49,064 bases of DNA, from the NCBI RefSeq assembly GCF_001186125.1, contig NW_014040482.1:11644-60707 (forward strand), in the 5' to 3' direction. Position numbers and translations under genes: made by a program. The notes beneath the pieces are model-generated. The model made no database searches. It saw nothing but the letters and a program-made list of their open reading frames with translations, and was not told the origin of the DNA. Below are positions 24,952 to 37,340 of the stretch, one piece after another. The stretch is from Sphaeroforma arctica JP610. Lineage: Eukaryota. How positions within the stretch are numbered: position 1 is the first letter of the stretch; each line of letters starts with the position of its first letter.

Positions 24952-26298
24952 GCAAGTATGAAACCACACCCTCCCATTCCAGATCCACGTTGACCTTTGC
25001 AAACAATTCGAGTTGCTAACACCTGCTGATCAATACTGTCACAGGATCATTTCAATGATGTTGTTTCAAACACAGGAGCAATGCTGTTCGCCGTTCTAGC
25101 GGAACGGCTTTGGCTCCCATTGGATCCCATTGGTGCGATATTGATTGCCATATACATCATGTACAGGTACTTGGTCGCACCTAAACTTCATGCCAGTCTT
25201 GGGCTACAAATATGTAACGGTTATGTTTGAATGAAGCCGATACATTCTTTAATGAAAAGGCTACTTAGTTACTCGCTGTCCGAAGTTGGCTGTATCGAGT
25301 AGCATTCGAGAATAGAATGAGGCGATGTGAAATTCCTAGTTGTAGATTTAATGTGTATACATAATCCGCCACAGTGCGATGTATGTACATGAACCATTGT
25401 TGTTTTAATAATCAAAAGTAGTGATTGTTTGATCGCTAGCCGCAAAACGGGACAAAGTACGATTGCTATTCTCGATCGAAAGTAAGCTGGTTTTTTATCC
25501 AGGCGTACGTGCAGCCTTCACAGTTGCATCTCACGAAGTTAATATTTTATTTCAGTTGGATGAAGACGGGTTATGAAGAAATACAAGGTTTGAGTGGAAT
25601 AGCGGCGGAGCCCGATACGATAAAGGTCCTGACATACATAGCTTTCAATCATCACGCGGATATCATAGCCGTGGAAACTGTTTCGGCCTATCATTTCGGC
25701 ACTAAAATGATTGCAGAGGTATGTATGGCTGTCTCGAATGCTCTGCGGTTTTTATGTGAAACATTTGCATATCAGTATTACTACCTTGTGAACTAAAAGT
25801 CTTCAGTGCTCGACGAAGTACACTATCATTTGAAATCAAAGGTGGTTGCCTTGTACCAGATATCTGGTTGTGCGTGTACATCATACAAATGATACCTGAT
25901 TCTTTCTTGAAGTTCCTGCTCTTTGTGGTCATTGCTGCAAGTGATAAAAGATTAGGAAGTGCTTGTCGTTGTAGATTGTTAAGCATATATAGCGGTCACG
26001 AGACCTCATATTACATCGCTCACGTGCTAGTGATAGAACTACATTGGATTTTCCTGTTTGACAGTTGATTGTATTGATGTATTTGCAGCACATGCGCAGT
26101 TCTAAACTTAAATATCTATCTGATCGATGACAGGTGGATATTGTATTGTGCCCGTTCACGCCGCTGCCAATTGCCCACGATATAGCTGAGACGCTACAAA
26201 TGAAGTACGAAAGTTGGGGCAATATCGAGCGTGCTTTCGTACACATTGACTTCGAGATTGTACATGAGAGGAGCATGGAACATCAGCGGCACTTGTAG
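20208..26298 (+). CDS. Cation diffusion facilitator, Mn-CDF / metal tolerance protein (plant MTP8-11-like)
   Basis: Firm exons 22731-22914 (VRSFYNTQNE), 23453-23599, 23927-24065 (SLVDSVVDL; YKYPI), 24235-24461 (GREQLEP...ALAQ), 25045-25166 (DHFNDVVSN; LDPIGAILIA), 25556-25718 (AYHFG), 26134-26298 (VDIVL...AHDIAETLQ...IERAFVHIDFE, TAG). DxxxD in both TM2 and TM5 is the Mn-CDF signature. 5' exons (20208-20424, ~22008-22276, possibly others near the N gap) are less certain. Confidence 0.88.
20639..21045. repeat. (ATAC)n, (GT)n and (TA)n microsatellites flanking an assembly gap (N 20685-20939)
   Basis: Read directly. Confidence 0.95.
23013..23400 (+). repeat. Intronic minisatellite, ~6 x 65 bp
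   Basis: TCGAGGTTTA.. recurs at 23078, 23143, 23208, 23273, 23338 (period 65) with a degenerate copy near 23015; lies in a CDF intron. Confidence 0.92.
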
Positions 26299-28129
26299 CG
26301 AATGTCGGTAGCGTTACTCATAGTTTTCGTTCTTGGATTTATATACTGTTAACCTGTGTTAAGCCTTTTATAGAGCATGTGAGGCTGAACAGACTACAAT
26401 AAAATTAGAGAAGTGTTCGCTACTCGAAATACGCCATTTGTCAATCCTATTTTGTGCGCTACAAGAGATCTATTACCAAAGCTTTTCTAGTGAAGGAATA
26501 TCATAAATACTTGTTTAGCGAGGTGCTCGTTGACATGTACGACTATTTATTTTGTTTGTACGTATACTTTTCTTTTTTTTGTTCATTTATAGCAATCAGA
26601 AAACGTGAATTGGTGAAAATAAGCAGAGTGAGGCTCGCACAACCAAAGCATAGATGAGTATACCACATGGCCCAAGGTACATATGCGATCGGATCACTGA
26701 GGAAAGCGAAAATTGAGCTGAAGGCTCTACACTGGATAACCAGAAAAATCTCACACTCTTGACCGATATTTTTAATGCAACATTTCTGGCCAAAACTCTG
26801 CTTTTGGAAGATATTTTAGGTTGGAGCATGAATCTCAAAGTAATTTTTGTTCCTGCCCGTTGGGGAAGTCGATTGGCTGCTGTACGAGGTCCGGGCCAAC
26901 TGCGAACTGAAGAAAAAAACAATTCTGGGATATTGAAACGGAATTTTGGAAGGCCTGTCAATCCGCATGATAAAGATATGAAGAGATACGGCAGCATTCA
27001 TGTAGAGGTTACAATAAGTAAAGCAGGCGTCACCAAGCTTTACGAGTCGATAATCGACACCCTTGTCATTATGAAATTGGACACGAGAATTCACCGCAGA
27101 GTGCTTCAGAAGAAGAAGCCGAATACTGGCCCTTCCCGTCAGCCCCGACAACGAAGTTCTCGATGGGGTCTGCGAGCAACACTACTGGAATGAACTCTAG
27201 AAGTGGTCGCATTTCAGGATTGGAACGCAGATTATATAATCTTGTGAATAAAAATATAAAAATACTTTAGCTTTGACTTTATCTATTCAATTGCCACTCA
27301 CGGTCGATTAATATAGTCATTTTAGTCTGGTACAGGCACTCTGGAATTTGTATTGATATGTAGTTGCCATTTGAGACCATTGAGGTTCTACAGCCACGGC
27401 CTCCATCACAGCCTGAACCGTCGACAAAGCCAAAGGAGAGGAAGAAATTCAAGTGCGGGTATAGACACGTGCGAAATAGTCGAAACATAACTAAGTGCCA
27501 GAAGCCGGTCAAAAGCGTCTGCCTTGATGAGCTGAAAACCCATACAAGAAATCGCAATCTGGAGATCGACAATAACACTGAAAGCTAAAACCGGGAATTG
27601 AGGTGGACGGGCGTGAGCAAAAGATTTATGTCGCACACCTCCATTACGAGTCACCCGAAGAGTTGAAAACGAGTCAGTTTCGGACGAGCTCCAACTCTTA
27701 CTGTGTGAGAAGAATATACCCAAGCTCATCTGCATAGACAACACGGAAGACGACGGTTCCGCAGACTCAAGTCAGCGCTTCGTTTACAAAATCTAACACA
27801 ATCATGGATATATGGCGCCAATGGTGACCAACAATATCCTCGGGGATGTTAAACACGAACACCACCTCGAGGAATCTATATTCCTCTGAGTATCAACCTC
27901 TCGCTCTCAGACCGCATCCCAAAGTCAAACCAATATGCCACAGCGCAGAAGGGAGCTGTTCTCCCCCAGCATTCACGCCACAGCACTTAAGAAACAACTT
28001 TTCTTTTTCAAGAAAATCTCATTTAATTCCTGTTTACCTGCGATATTGTGATGCCTGTCCCTGTATAGAAGATTATCCACGCCCGCCGTGATGCCTGTCA
28101 CTGTACAGAGGATCGTCTACTCTTCAGAA

Positions 28130-28590
28130 AAGTCAACGTTTGTAGCAAATTTCATCGAGTCAACAGTTTCAACAAGTCAACGTTTTCAACAATTTTCATC
28201 GAGCCAATACTTAACGACTCCAATACGTCAACGATTTTGACAAATATTCATCGGTTCAACAGTTATCACCCAATCCGTCTATAGAGTCAACAATTTCACA
28301 ATCCAGGTCTTCAGTCTTTAACCGTCAGCCTTCAGCCTTCAGTCTTCACTCTTCACTCTTCAGCCTTCAGCCTTCACACTTCAGCCCTTGACTGTAAAAT
28401 TGAGGGAGAGTGCGAGACTGCAGGTCTCAGGCCAGATTTTGCAGCAAGAAATCCACTTTGATTTAAAGAAGTCATCAGAGTAAGCTCACTCTCGAGAGCT
28501 GATCAAGTTACTTCAATTACTCCCGAGAGTTGTGTTAATACTTAACCGACTCCCGAGAGCATTACAAGTTTCTCGACCGACTCCCGAGAG
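28130..28590 (+). repeat. Cluster of short degenerate repeats: GTCAAC..TT units, CTTCAGC/CTTCACT 7-mers (28309-28386) and 4 x ACTC(C/T)CGAGAG at ~31-bp period
   Basis: 11-mer copies at 28488, 28519, 28549, 28580. May be subterminal repeats of a transposon end. Confidence 0.7.
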
Positions 28591-28949
28591 TGTATCAACT
28601 ATTAAGTCTGTCCACAACGTTCTAAGAATATCTACAATCCTATGTGAGTCACAACCTATGCGGAAAGGTATCATGTGATCAGCGTGAGATTTAGTTGCAG
28701 AGAAGTCGAAATAGAATACCATCGAAGTATTAAAGTGTTCTGCAGAAGGTTTCCCATACTGTCCATATGAATTTTTACCCTAGCCAGCCCAAGCTGCTGA
28801 ACACTAGAACAAACACTTTAGGTATAAAACCAAAGATGAGATCAGAAATAGATACTTACATTTGCACTTTATTTTAAAGTCACATTACACTCAAACAAGA
28901 CACGAACAACAACTCGAAGAATCTATATTCTACACATCGTTCTGCTTGC

Positions 28950-29300
28950 CCACAGTTGGTATATGCTGCCCTTTCGGGTATTGTCCTTGGATGGCACGCC
29001 GGTGCCTAAAAATATAGTCAATGTCGATGATATCTCATCCTTTTGCATGAGCGTAAGAATGTACGGCTGAACGCCCTCGACATATACGAGCGACGACCCT
29101 ATTTAGGCATCCACTAGCAGAACAGCGCTGTCAGATAGTAATTCTGAGACCCGTGACATGACATCGAGCTAGTTTGCGGCAAACAGTATGGATCCTCAAC
29201 AGAAATATCTCGGGTGTCTTTGCCAGAAACTTGACAATAATTCTACCCACGGGAATAGACCAATCGGGGAACACAATATTGCCTCAGGCAACACCTTCGG
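28950..29300 (+). pseudogene. Possible highly decayed reverse transcriptase fragment
   Basis: Across frames: CPFGYCP, VNVDDI and KYLG in the order expected for RT motifs PFG / YxDD / YLG, with stops and deletions. Weak. Confidence 0.3.
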
Positions 29301-32300
29301 CTCTAGCTCGGGCTACGCCACGGACATGGAGTGAGGAAACCTGCCCTCGTTTGGGCTATGGGTCGGGATCGGGGTTATAAAATACATAACCGGCGCCTCT
29401 GTCCCGAATGTCGATCCAAAATATTGTATAGGTCCTCGAGTCTTTCGTGCCACTAGTTTTATTTGTTTTAAATGGTTTGTTCGTTCACTGTAGCAAATTG
29501 AACCGAACAACGGTTGTACCTCGACTTTTATAGGTCACAGGCTACTGACGTGTGCTACGGCAGTCTGGTTGGTATTAGCTGTTTGCGCGCGAATAGTGCG
29601 GCGGTTGGGTATGGCGGCCACACCGGCCCACACGGCCTGATAAACGCAATTTTGATTTTGTTCGGTACCACAAGGTTTTACAACCCCCTCAAGCCGTATT
29701 GAAAAAAGACTGCTTTCTAAATGTGGTCGAACAGATGTATAGGTTAGGTAGTAGAACGTCTAGATGTAAGGATTATAGCCTCATACTGTCTTTTATTTTA
29801 GAATTAGGCCAGCGCGGTAGACGGGTCACTAGCTAAGGCCAATTCAACACTTAAGCCCGGATTTGATAGCAGTAAATTGAGCTGGCTGGAGATTTTTCTT
29901 AATGAACCGCCGATCTCAGTTGGAAAGACGGCGATTATGGATCTTGTGATGCTTAGGATCTGCTAGACTATAATATTGGCGGAAGGCAGTATTGAACTTG
30001 TACTGAAATCGGATGTCAATTTGAAAGTTGCAGCAAGACGAGCCTTGTCAATCTCGATTGTTTTTCGAAACTTGCTCATATAGAAGAGCCAGCTACAGTA
30101 AAGTGAAGCACCGTGAGCTTTCTTAATAACTGGGGCTGAAATATCGACCGGCTCGCGATACACCTTTAGTTTAGAGCGATGAATAAGTTTTTGCAGTAGC
30201 AACGTCCTGGATAATATGCACTACTGGTGGTTCTAAGGACATAACGCTAACAGGACTACCCCACCGGACAGTATCTGAAAGGAGAGATGGCTTCTTCTGG
30301 TATATGACTTGGCGTTCAACCGCAATGATGACAGCGTCGTAACGATGGCGGTTTGCCCAAGTTGTCTGTGACGCCTGTGCACGGCGCTTGTGCTTCCACA
30401 CATCACAATCGCGATCAGTTGGACGTAGGTTAAGGGATATATGCGTAGCCCCTTCAGGAGTCGATCCATTCAAATTTGCTTCAAGATTTTTATAAGAAGA
30501 GTGATGGAACGTACGCCCCGTAATTAGGGTATACGGGAAGATGATAGTGACTGAATTAACGCTAGAACTCATGCCACGGATGAAACCCATCTTTCAAAGC
30601 CCCATGTATATTGAAGAACATTGCGTCCAACCGACGCAAACCATACGATTCATGTGCCGATGAGTTTTTCAACCAAACTGTTACTACGGTGTTCTCCGGT
30701 AGTAGCGAAGTGGTAGTCGATTCCTTCGGCTCAACACCAAATAAAAAACTGTTTGTAGTGAAAAGGGGTATCTTAATCGACAAAGTATTTGCCTGTCGTG
30801 GCTCATTATTCGTGCTGATTCTTAAGCTTGTTTTTGTCACAAGGAAATGAGTCGCAGTGGACTTGTCGAATATGTTCGTTAATGCATTTGCACAACCTTA
30901 TAATCCAAGTGACGGACTGCACCGAGGTACGTTGCTCGATCAGGTTGGGAAAGGAGACCCATCATGAAGCCAGTCTAAGCTTCATGTGTAAGACAGCCAA
31001 TGCAAGTAGTGACCAATTTGAGAAGGTAGTGACCGATTTAAAAAGAAAGTCTCCAGGTGTAAATATTTCAAAGAAAGAGATCTCTACTAAACATTCTATG
31101 TAGACGGTGGGGACGTAAGTGGCCACAGTATACGGCCATGTACTTTGTACTCAGACCAAGACTTCGGCTATCACAAGCGTTGCAAAGCTTGGAGTAGTCT
31201 GCTATGGAACTCTCGTGCGCAAATTTTGGGTTCGCGCAGTGGGCTGGTCGTACGCGAGTGTATTAGAGATAGTGTAGTGGAGTAGTGGAGTATGCGGTGG
31301 CAGTAATGACCCAAAAGTTCAATTGGGGTGTCATGTGGTGTAGTGTCACGTGACAATGTGTCTAAGTAGAACTCATGCACGCTAGATGTCGTAGGAAGGG
31401 GTGGATCCACAGGGTCACCATCCGGTTCGTCAGTATCCACATGGAGAAGAGACGACGATTGGTCAGGGGGTACGGATGAAGCACCAGATGTTGGAGGCTG
31501 GATGTTTAGTGAAGAAAAAGAAGCCGCCGTTGTCTGTTCGCAGTTTATAATAGGGATAGCAGCCAATAGCTGTTCCGACTTCGGCAGTGTACTCGTAGAT
31601 AATGTCGAGTCGGCCGCTGAGCTTATGGAAGACTCAGCAAGAGGCCGTTTATTAGTTGGCGCGGCCGCCTTAGCCCTCAGAATCAGGCAGCCCAACGTTA
31701 CCTACGCTTTTTTGTATTGTTAGATAATTAGAATAGCTAATTGCCCACACATGTGTCTTGCGGTCTCGGAAAGGATGTAGCTGAAGTCTGACGGCGAGTC
31801 AGCGCCATGATCGGTAAAGGCTGAGAGGGGGCTGGGGTTCGTTCACCCGGAGGAGGATAGGAAGTCTCAAGCTTGTGCCAGAAGTCAAGCGACATGAGAA
31901 GAGCGCTTCGTACTGCAGACTAATCCTGCAATCGTATAACGCCACGGGGGTAAGCCCAAAGTGATACCTTCTTTAAGGCACGTGACTTCTGCATAGTTAA
32001 ATACAATCGGTTCATCCACTAGAAGATGGAAGAAAACACGAAGCCGTGGAGAGGATGTCCTTCACGGAAGGACAATGACACCTCAAAAATTAGACGCATC
32101 TAGAAAGCGGTCGAAGAACTCGATACATTTTTCCCAAGGAGTATTGACATGGAAGAATCGGTTGTCCAGGGACATTTCTTCATCTGTCTTTCTAGTAGTA
32201 TCACCATTGGCACAGTAGAAATTGCATTGGTGGCAAGTTGCACTGACATAAAGGTCCGATTTTGGGACCTCCCTTTTCTCAACAAAGACGTGAACCAATG

Positions 32301-34432
32301 AGGATGCAGTTTAATGTTCTTTGTATACGCAGCAGGGATGTTATGGAATACTGTCACGAGCAAGATTCAGCCTCAAGAAGTTGGGGAGACACGAGAGGCG
32401 TTTGTGTGCTGGGTACCTAACAGGGTACAGCTTGGAAAACCCGCACGGTAGTATGTCCGCTACAAACTTCATTCCCCAATAATGTGCCTAAGGTGGACAT
32501 GAAAGCGTCGGATCTTCTCAACCAAACGGAGAAATCAGTCGCCTCGCATAGCGATAGAAAAGAATATGTTCATTGGAAGACGATTGAACAGTGTAATGAT
32601 CCGTCCAGGGGATGAGAATGTGGTGGTTATGTGTCATAATATTTTGTCCTTGTCCACAGCATAAGCTAAAGCCATGGTCTCAGGATCGAATATGTGGTAT
32701 CGCCGTTGGGCAGAATTGTGGTTGGTACCTTGATAGAAAACCGGGGATAGTCTATCAATATAATTAATACAATATCCATGAACTCGGGGGTGTCCGACCT
32801 CAGAAGCATTCAAGGTAGTGGGGCAAGATGTGTCTTGGCCCTTTGAAGGTAAAGCGGTTCGCACTCAGATAGGTGCATAGGCCGGGAGTGTAAGGTTGAC
32901 AGCAACAGTTGGGGTTGAAAGTCGTTTAACGGCGGTAGCAAAAGGCAGCGGTAAGAGGACAGTAAAAGCAGCAGGAACCGGTACCACGTGTTGACTCTGC
33001 AAGTGAATATTATGCTGGAGCTCCTAGTACGCAGCCTCTGTACCTTTAGTACTAAACGGTTGTTTCTATCATTTTGGAAATGGAGTAGCCGGTTTACCTT
33101 GCCGTAGGATTCGAACACCGAACCCGACACCAATAGCATATACGGTGGCAAAGAGGTGCAGTGGGAAGGGTTCAAAGTGACTAGAATGACAACATCCTCT
33201 ATTACCTGGTTGATCATGGTGTAAGCAGCATGACAAGCAGCCGTATAATGAAGCGGATCCTTCTTATAAGCAAGGTCGGTTAATGGAGCCAACATGAGAG
33301 CCCTATTGGGCACATGTTATGACCACCAATTCATGGTAGCACCTAATGTTTCCATTTCATGGCGGTCCTTCGAGGGAGGAAGCAAAAGTATAACCTTTAA
33401 ACGGTGCTCTGTTGTGCTTGTACAACCATTTATGGGTTGGGGGCCATATTCTATCTTTGCTCCATCAACATAGCCAACTGGCACTTGAAGCGCGGAGACT
33501 GGCATCTGACCAAGAATATTTCTTTCCAACGTGACATACAACCGACATTGTTGACGAAGTGTTTCAGCATATCTTGCAAATTTCGGACTTGAAGTCCATT
33601 ACCTCTGTATTATAACATGTATGCCATCATGTTGACTTCAAAAACGCCCACAATAAGGCGCCAGGCCGTATCTTTGGATGTCATCCGAGTTAGGTAGTCA
33701 CGAAAACGCTCGGAGTAGCGTAATCGGTTGAAGGAACAGGCCATATCCATAGTCGACACAACATCGCCACGGCGTATGTGGTCTAAGTACTTGTTTGGTT
33801 GGTATTGGATAAAGGTTTACAATGAACCAGTGATTATTCACTTTGTACTACTGGCAATAGCGGATGTCCTTGATTGATGTAGGTGCCACTCTAAGGAATT
33901 TTCCGGGGGGATTCCCGCAAGGGACAGACAAGGGCTGAAATAGTTGCTTTTGTTATCGATTCCCCGCTTCTCGTCACGAGCACAGATTTTCTCCTCCGAA
34001 CTGTGATTTTTTTCTGCTTATGTGTGATTCGTTTTGAGGTAATGCCTGGGCCGATTGTAGTGTCGACTTCGTCGCCCTTAACGAAGTTATTCTTACCATC
34101 ACGGTAGTGTATGTTATCAAATAAATCTTCGAGGTAGTTAACTTGTGTAGGGGTTTTGTTGAGGAGTCGTGCACCATTGTCGACACCTGCCCAGCTGAAT
34201 CCTTCTAGACCACTGGGAACAGAACAGTCTTCTATGGAACTTCACCACTGCCGGGCTCACTAAGAGGGTAGGGATTAAGTCCCCGGAGAAAGTATCATCT
34301 GGGGTTTCCTGCAGTTTGAGTCGAAAGGTCTGTGGTTTTACACAGCAATCTCACCAGGTTTGTATCAAGTGGTCCCGTTGGGCTATGAACCTGAATAAAA
34401 GATCACAACCATATGGTAACTCGTTTGTTACA

Positions 34433-34484
34433 AAAAAGATTATCGGTTGTGTCTCAACGAAAAAGATTATCGGTTGTGTCTCAA
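34433..34484 (+). repeat. 27-bp tandem duplication inside the protease-like remnant
   Basis: AAAAAGATTATCGGTTGTGTCTCAA occurs twice at a 27-bp period (ETQPIIFFV x2 on the minus strand). Confidence 0.9.
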
Positions 34485-35423
34485 AGAATGTCGGACAATC
34501 ATTACCGAGAATTGTGGTTGTCACTTTCGCGGTATGGGGGTACATTGTACGAGCTGCAAAGGTAGACATTATTACGGGTGCGATCGTTTGATTGATTTAC
34601 AAACACCTTCTAGTAACCAATTATTCATTTACAAGATCTGACATAGCGACATCATCGGCGTAGCATGGTACGATAGAGTAATAAAACTGTGCGGCAACAA
34701 TCGGACCCGCGTTGGTTCACTTGTTTTCTTTCAGTAGCAGGTTCCAAGGGTTCTGGGGACAGTCACTTGCATATTGTTCTGTTTCATGGCAATCGTTGTT
34801 GTCTCGACGGTCGGTACCACGGTCATTGTTGTCACGATACTTATCACAATCATTACCAATACGGTTTCCACAACCGCTTCCAGTGGCACATTCCCCTCGA
34901 ATGTCACGGATAGGATTTCAGAGTTACAGCGCCCGTAGTGGATAGATGGTAGTTCGGAAATTTACACTTGAGTGACACTTGGATGAAAACCAGCGTGGCG
35001 GTGCAATGCCAAGAAATATATTCTCTCGAGATTGCCTAAGCAACAACGCACTCAAAAAGTCACCAATTCGTTGGTACGTTGTTCCAATGCGTAATCATCT
35101 TTGGTTTGCGGCGGAGATATAGAATGCGGCATTTGCAAGGGGCCAGAGCATGGCATGGGCCGATCGAAAGTTTCGGTTCGCACCCTCGTTGAGATTTATA
35201 TGGAACATTGCATCAGTAGTGTGGTCCAGGTTCGTGGAATGAAGTTTAGTAGAGGCCATTTTTAAAGCGTTGGTGTTAGGATCGCAGAAGTAATTACACG
35301 GTATTTCCGAAGCCCAGCGATCCGTAACAAAATCCCAAATGAACCCATCATCACAGTTCTTGAGTTCGCCACGGCTATTATAAGCATCACTTGCGTCACG
35401 ATAGTTCCAGCGCTTCTGGGAAG

Positions 35424-35765
35424 AGGACCAATAGAACGTCCCACTGATTTCAGTGGGCGAGAGGAGAAACAAGGAATTCCCCTTCTTCAACGTCACCGGT
35501 AGAGCCCTCGTGTACATCCTGTTGGTTATTTTATTGGGTTCCAGAGGCGCGATAATGGGAAGGCTGCTCGAAAATCACAGAATCGTCCTCAACAGGACCG
35601 ATAGAACGTCCCACTGATTCCAGTGGGCGAGAGGAGAAACAAGGAATTACCCTTCTTCAACGTCGCCGGTAGAGCCCTCGTGTACATCCTGTTGGTTATT
35701 TTATTGGGTTCCAGAGGCGCGATAATGGGAAGGCTGCTCGAAAATCACAGAATCGTCCTCAACAG
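35424..35765 (+). repeat. 170-bp tandem duplication
   Basis: AGGACC(A/G)ATAGAACGTCCCACTG...TCCTCAACAG starts at 35424 and 35594, with about 4 substitutions. Confidence 0.95.
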
Positions 35766-36879
35766 ACGCGCGCTTGGAAGGTTGAGACGTTGTCCCAGAT
35801 GGTGCAGTAGACATAGCTGGAGGAGGCTTAGCCTTGCGCTTCGATGTTGAGCGAATAGTTCGGCCAGGATCAGGAAGGAAGATATTGTTGGCCCCGAATT
35901 CAAGTGTTTGGGGAGCGTTGTAAAGTCCGAGAGGCTCTCCTTGGACGCCGGTCAGTTCCCTGTAGCTGAAGGCTACAGCAACCCGGACACATAGTATGGT
36001 GAACTCTTCCACGTACACCACACGATAGAAAGGGTTTACTACCCTCCGGACCACGGGTATCCTGGCTGAGCTTGTGCATACGAGATTCTTGGCTAGGCTT
36101 AAAGATGATGTTTAACATTGGGCCAAACTCAGCCAACGTGATAGAGACTCGCTTTTGTGGTGTTGTGGAAGGAGTCAAGTGGGGTTCGATCAAATGATGT
36201 GAACCATGATCAATGAAGGCCATCAGCTTGTTGATTTGAGGTGTTCGGCCCGATGTTGAATACTGTTTAGCAAGTTTATTGAAAGGGATTCTTCAAAGTA
36301 ATAGCTCACTCGGCGTGCCGAAAGTGCAATAGGTTGTTTGATATCAAATCAGAGGAGCCGAAGCTCATCGTTGCCTTGATAGTTGCTGTTGTTGTTTCTA
36401 TTATTCATTGTTGCAATTACAACGTACGATTGTCACTGGACTTTGTGCAAGTGGAGAATGCTAGGCCAAAACCACTATTTTCATCAGGTTTTTAAATACA
36501 TATATAGTTTGGTACCAATAACGGTACATGCATAAGAATTGGCAAGTGACAGATACGTGACAGCTAACGAAATGTAACTTAGGCTCACCAGATAGGTCAC
36601 GTCTAAGACTTACATGTATACGTATGACCAAGAATGTACATACCCTTAAAAGAGGTGTAAATAAATCACTCTATATATATGGTCTCGGGCCTATTGCCAA
36701 ACGGATTATACTTTCCGTCCGGTTACTTCAATAGCAAGGTTTCGAAAACACCTTATCAGCGCAACACAACGGGTCGTTACCCACAATCTGTCATAATACA
36801 GACCTTACAGAATCACACACACCATCCCAAACAGTGATGGTCAATACAAAGTCTCCGCCTTTCAAGCGCACACCATGTC

Positions 36880-37340
36880 TGAACGCCATGAGAAACTCGG
36901 CCACACCCATCCACCGCTGGTTAAGTCTACACTAACACAAAACAAAATCGGTATCTACGTCGAACACATCGACAGCACAAACAACTGAAAATTTCATCCT
37001 GATTGTTTACCAAGCATGTCGTCAAGCCTTTCGGCTCATTAGACATCGATTTATTTGCTAGTGCTAATAGCGCACAGGTTCCTCAACATTGTGGCCTAGA
37101 GGCAGGAGCACCACTCCAGGATGCTTTCGGACAACCCTCGAAACAGCGAAAGTTCACTTATATGGTAACATACCTACCGTTCACCAAGAAAACCTGGACT
37201 GCCACGCTTAGCAAGCTTAACCGCGAGAATGGCACTATAACAGTCGAGTTCTCCCTAGCTCCAAAAAATATGTATTATCAGCAGACGCTCAAATAGTTAC
37301 ACTCTCACGTCTAACTCATCCGCACAACGCCTTTTGTATA
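36880..37340 (+). mobile_element. DIRS-like retroelement fragment: RNase H C-terminus plus Dam-like methyltransferase domain
   Basis: IGIYVEHIDSTNN* followed by FGSLDIDLFASANSAQVPQHC...DAFGQ...LSKLNRE...LAP, the IDLFAS..N / DAF pattern of the DIRS MT domain. The catalytic NPP-type motif is not intact. Confidence 0.75.

Larger units (their letters stand above)
29960..36230 (-). mobile_element. Decayed retrotransposon: gag-like ORF, Zn knuckle, protease-like region, Ty3/gypsy-type RT and RNase H, Dam-like methyltransferase, putative tyrosine recombinase
   Basis: Minus strand in order: knuckle-like DCHETEQYASDCP (~34751-34800); protease-like region (34351-34660); RT LDHIRRGDVVSTMDMACSFNRL (~33730-33790); thumb LPPSKDRHEMETLGATMNWW..PNRALMLAPLTDLAYKKDP (~33250-33410); RH FPLHLF..GVGFG, SPVFY..AQRRY..E.MALAYAV, WTDH, HIIG..VAD (~33165-32450); MT PKSDLYVSATCHQCNFYC...HVNTPW...VIVLP...LLVDEPI (~32298-31920); YR-like ISFFEIFTPGDFL and SLRLNAKSYT..H.SF..SGG...HRS..VYR (~31100-30150). 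Many stops and frameshifts; ends not defined. Confidence 0.7.

Noticed and set aside
28488..28590. CRISPR-like repeat-spacer array
   Set aside because: Repeat is only 11 bp, spacers resemble each other, no cas genes, eukaryotic context.
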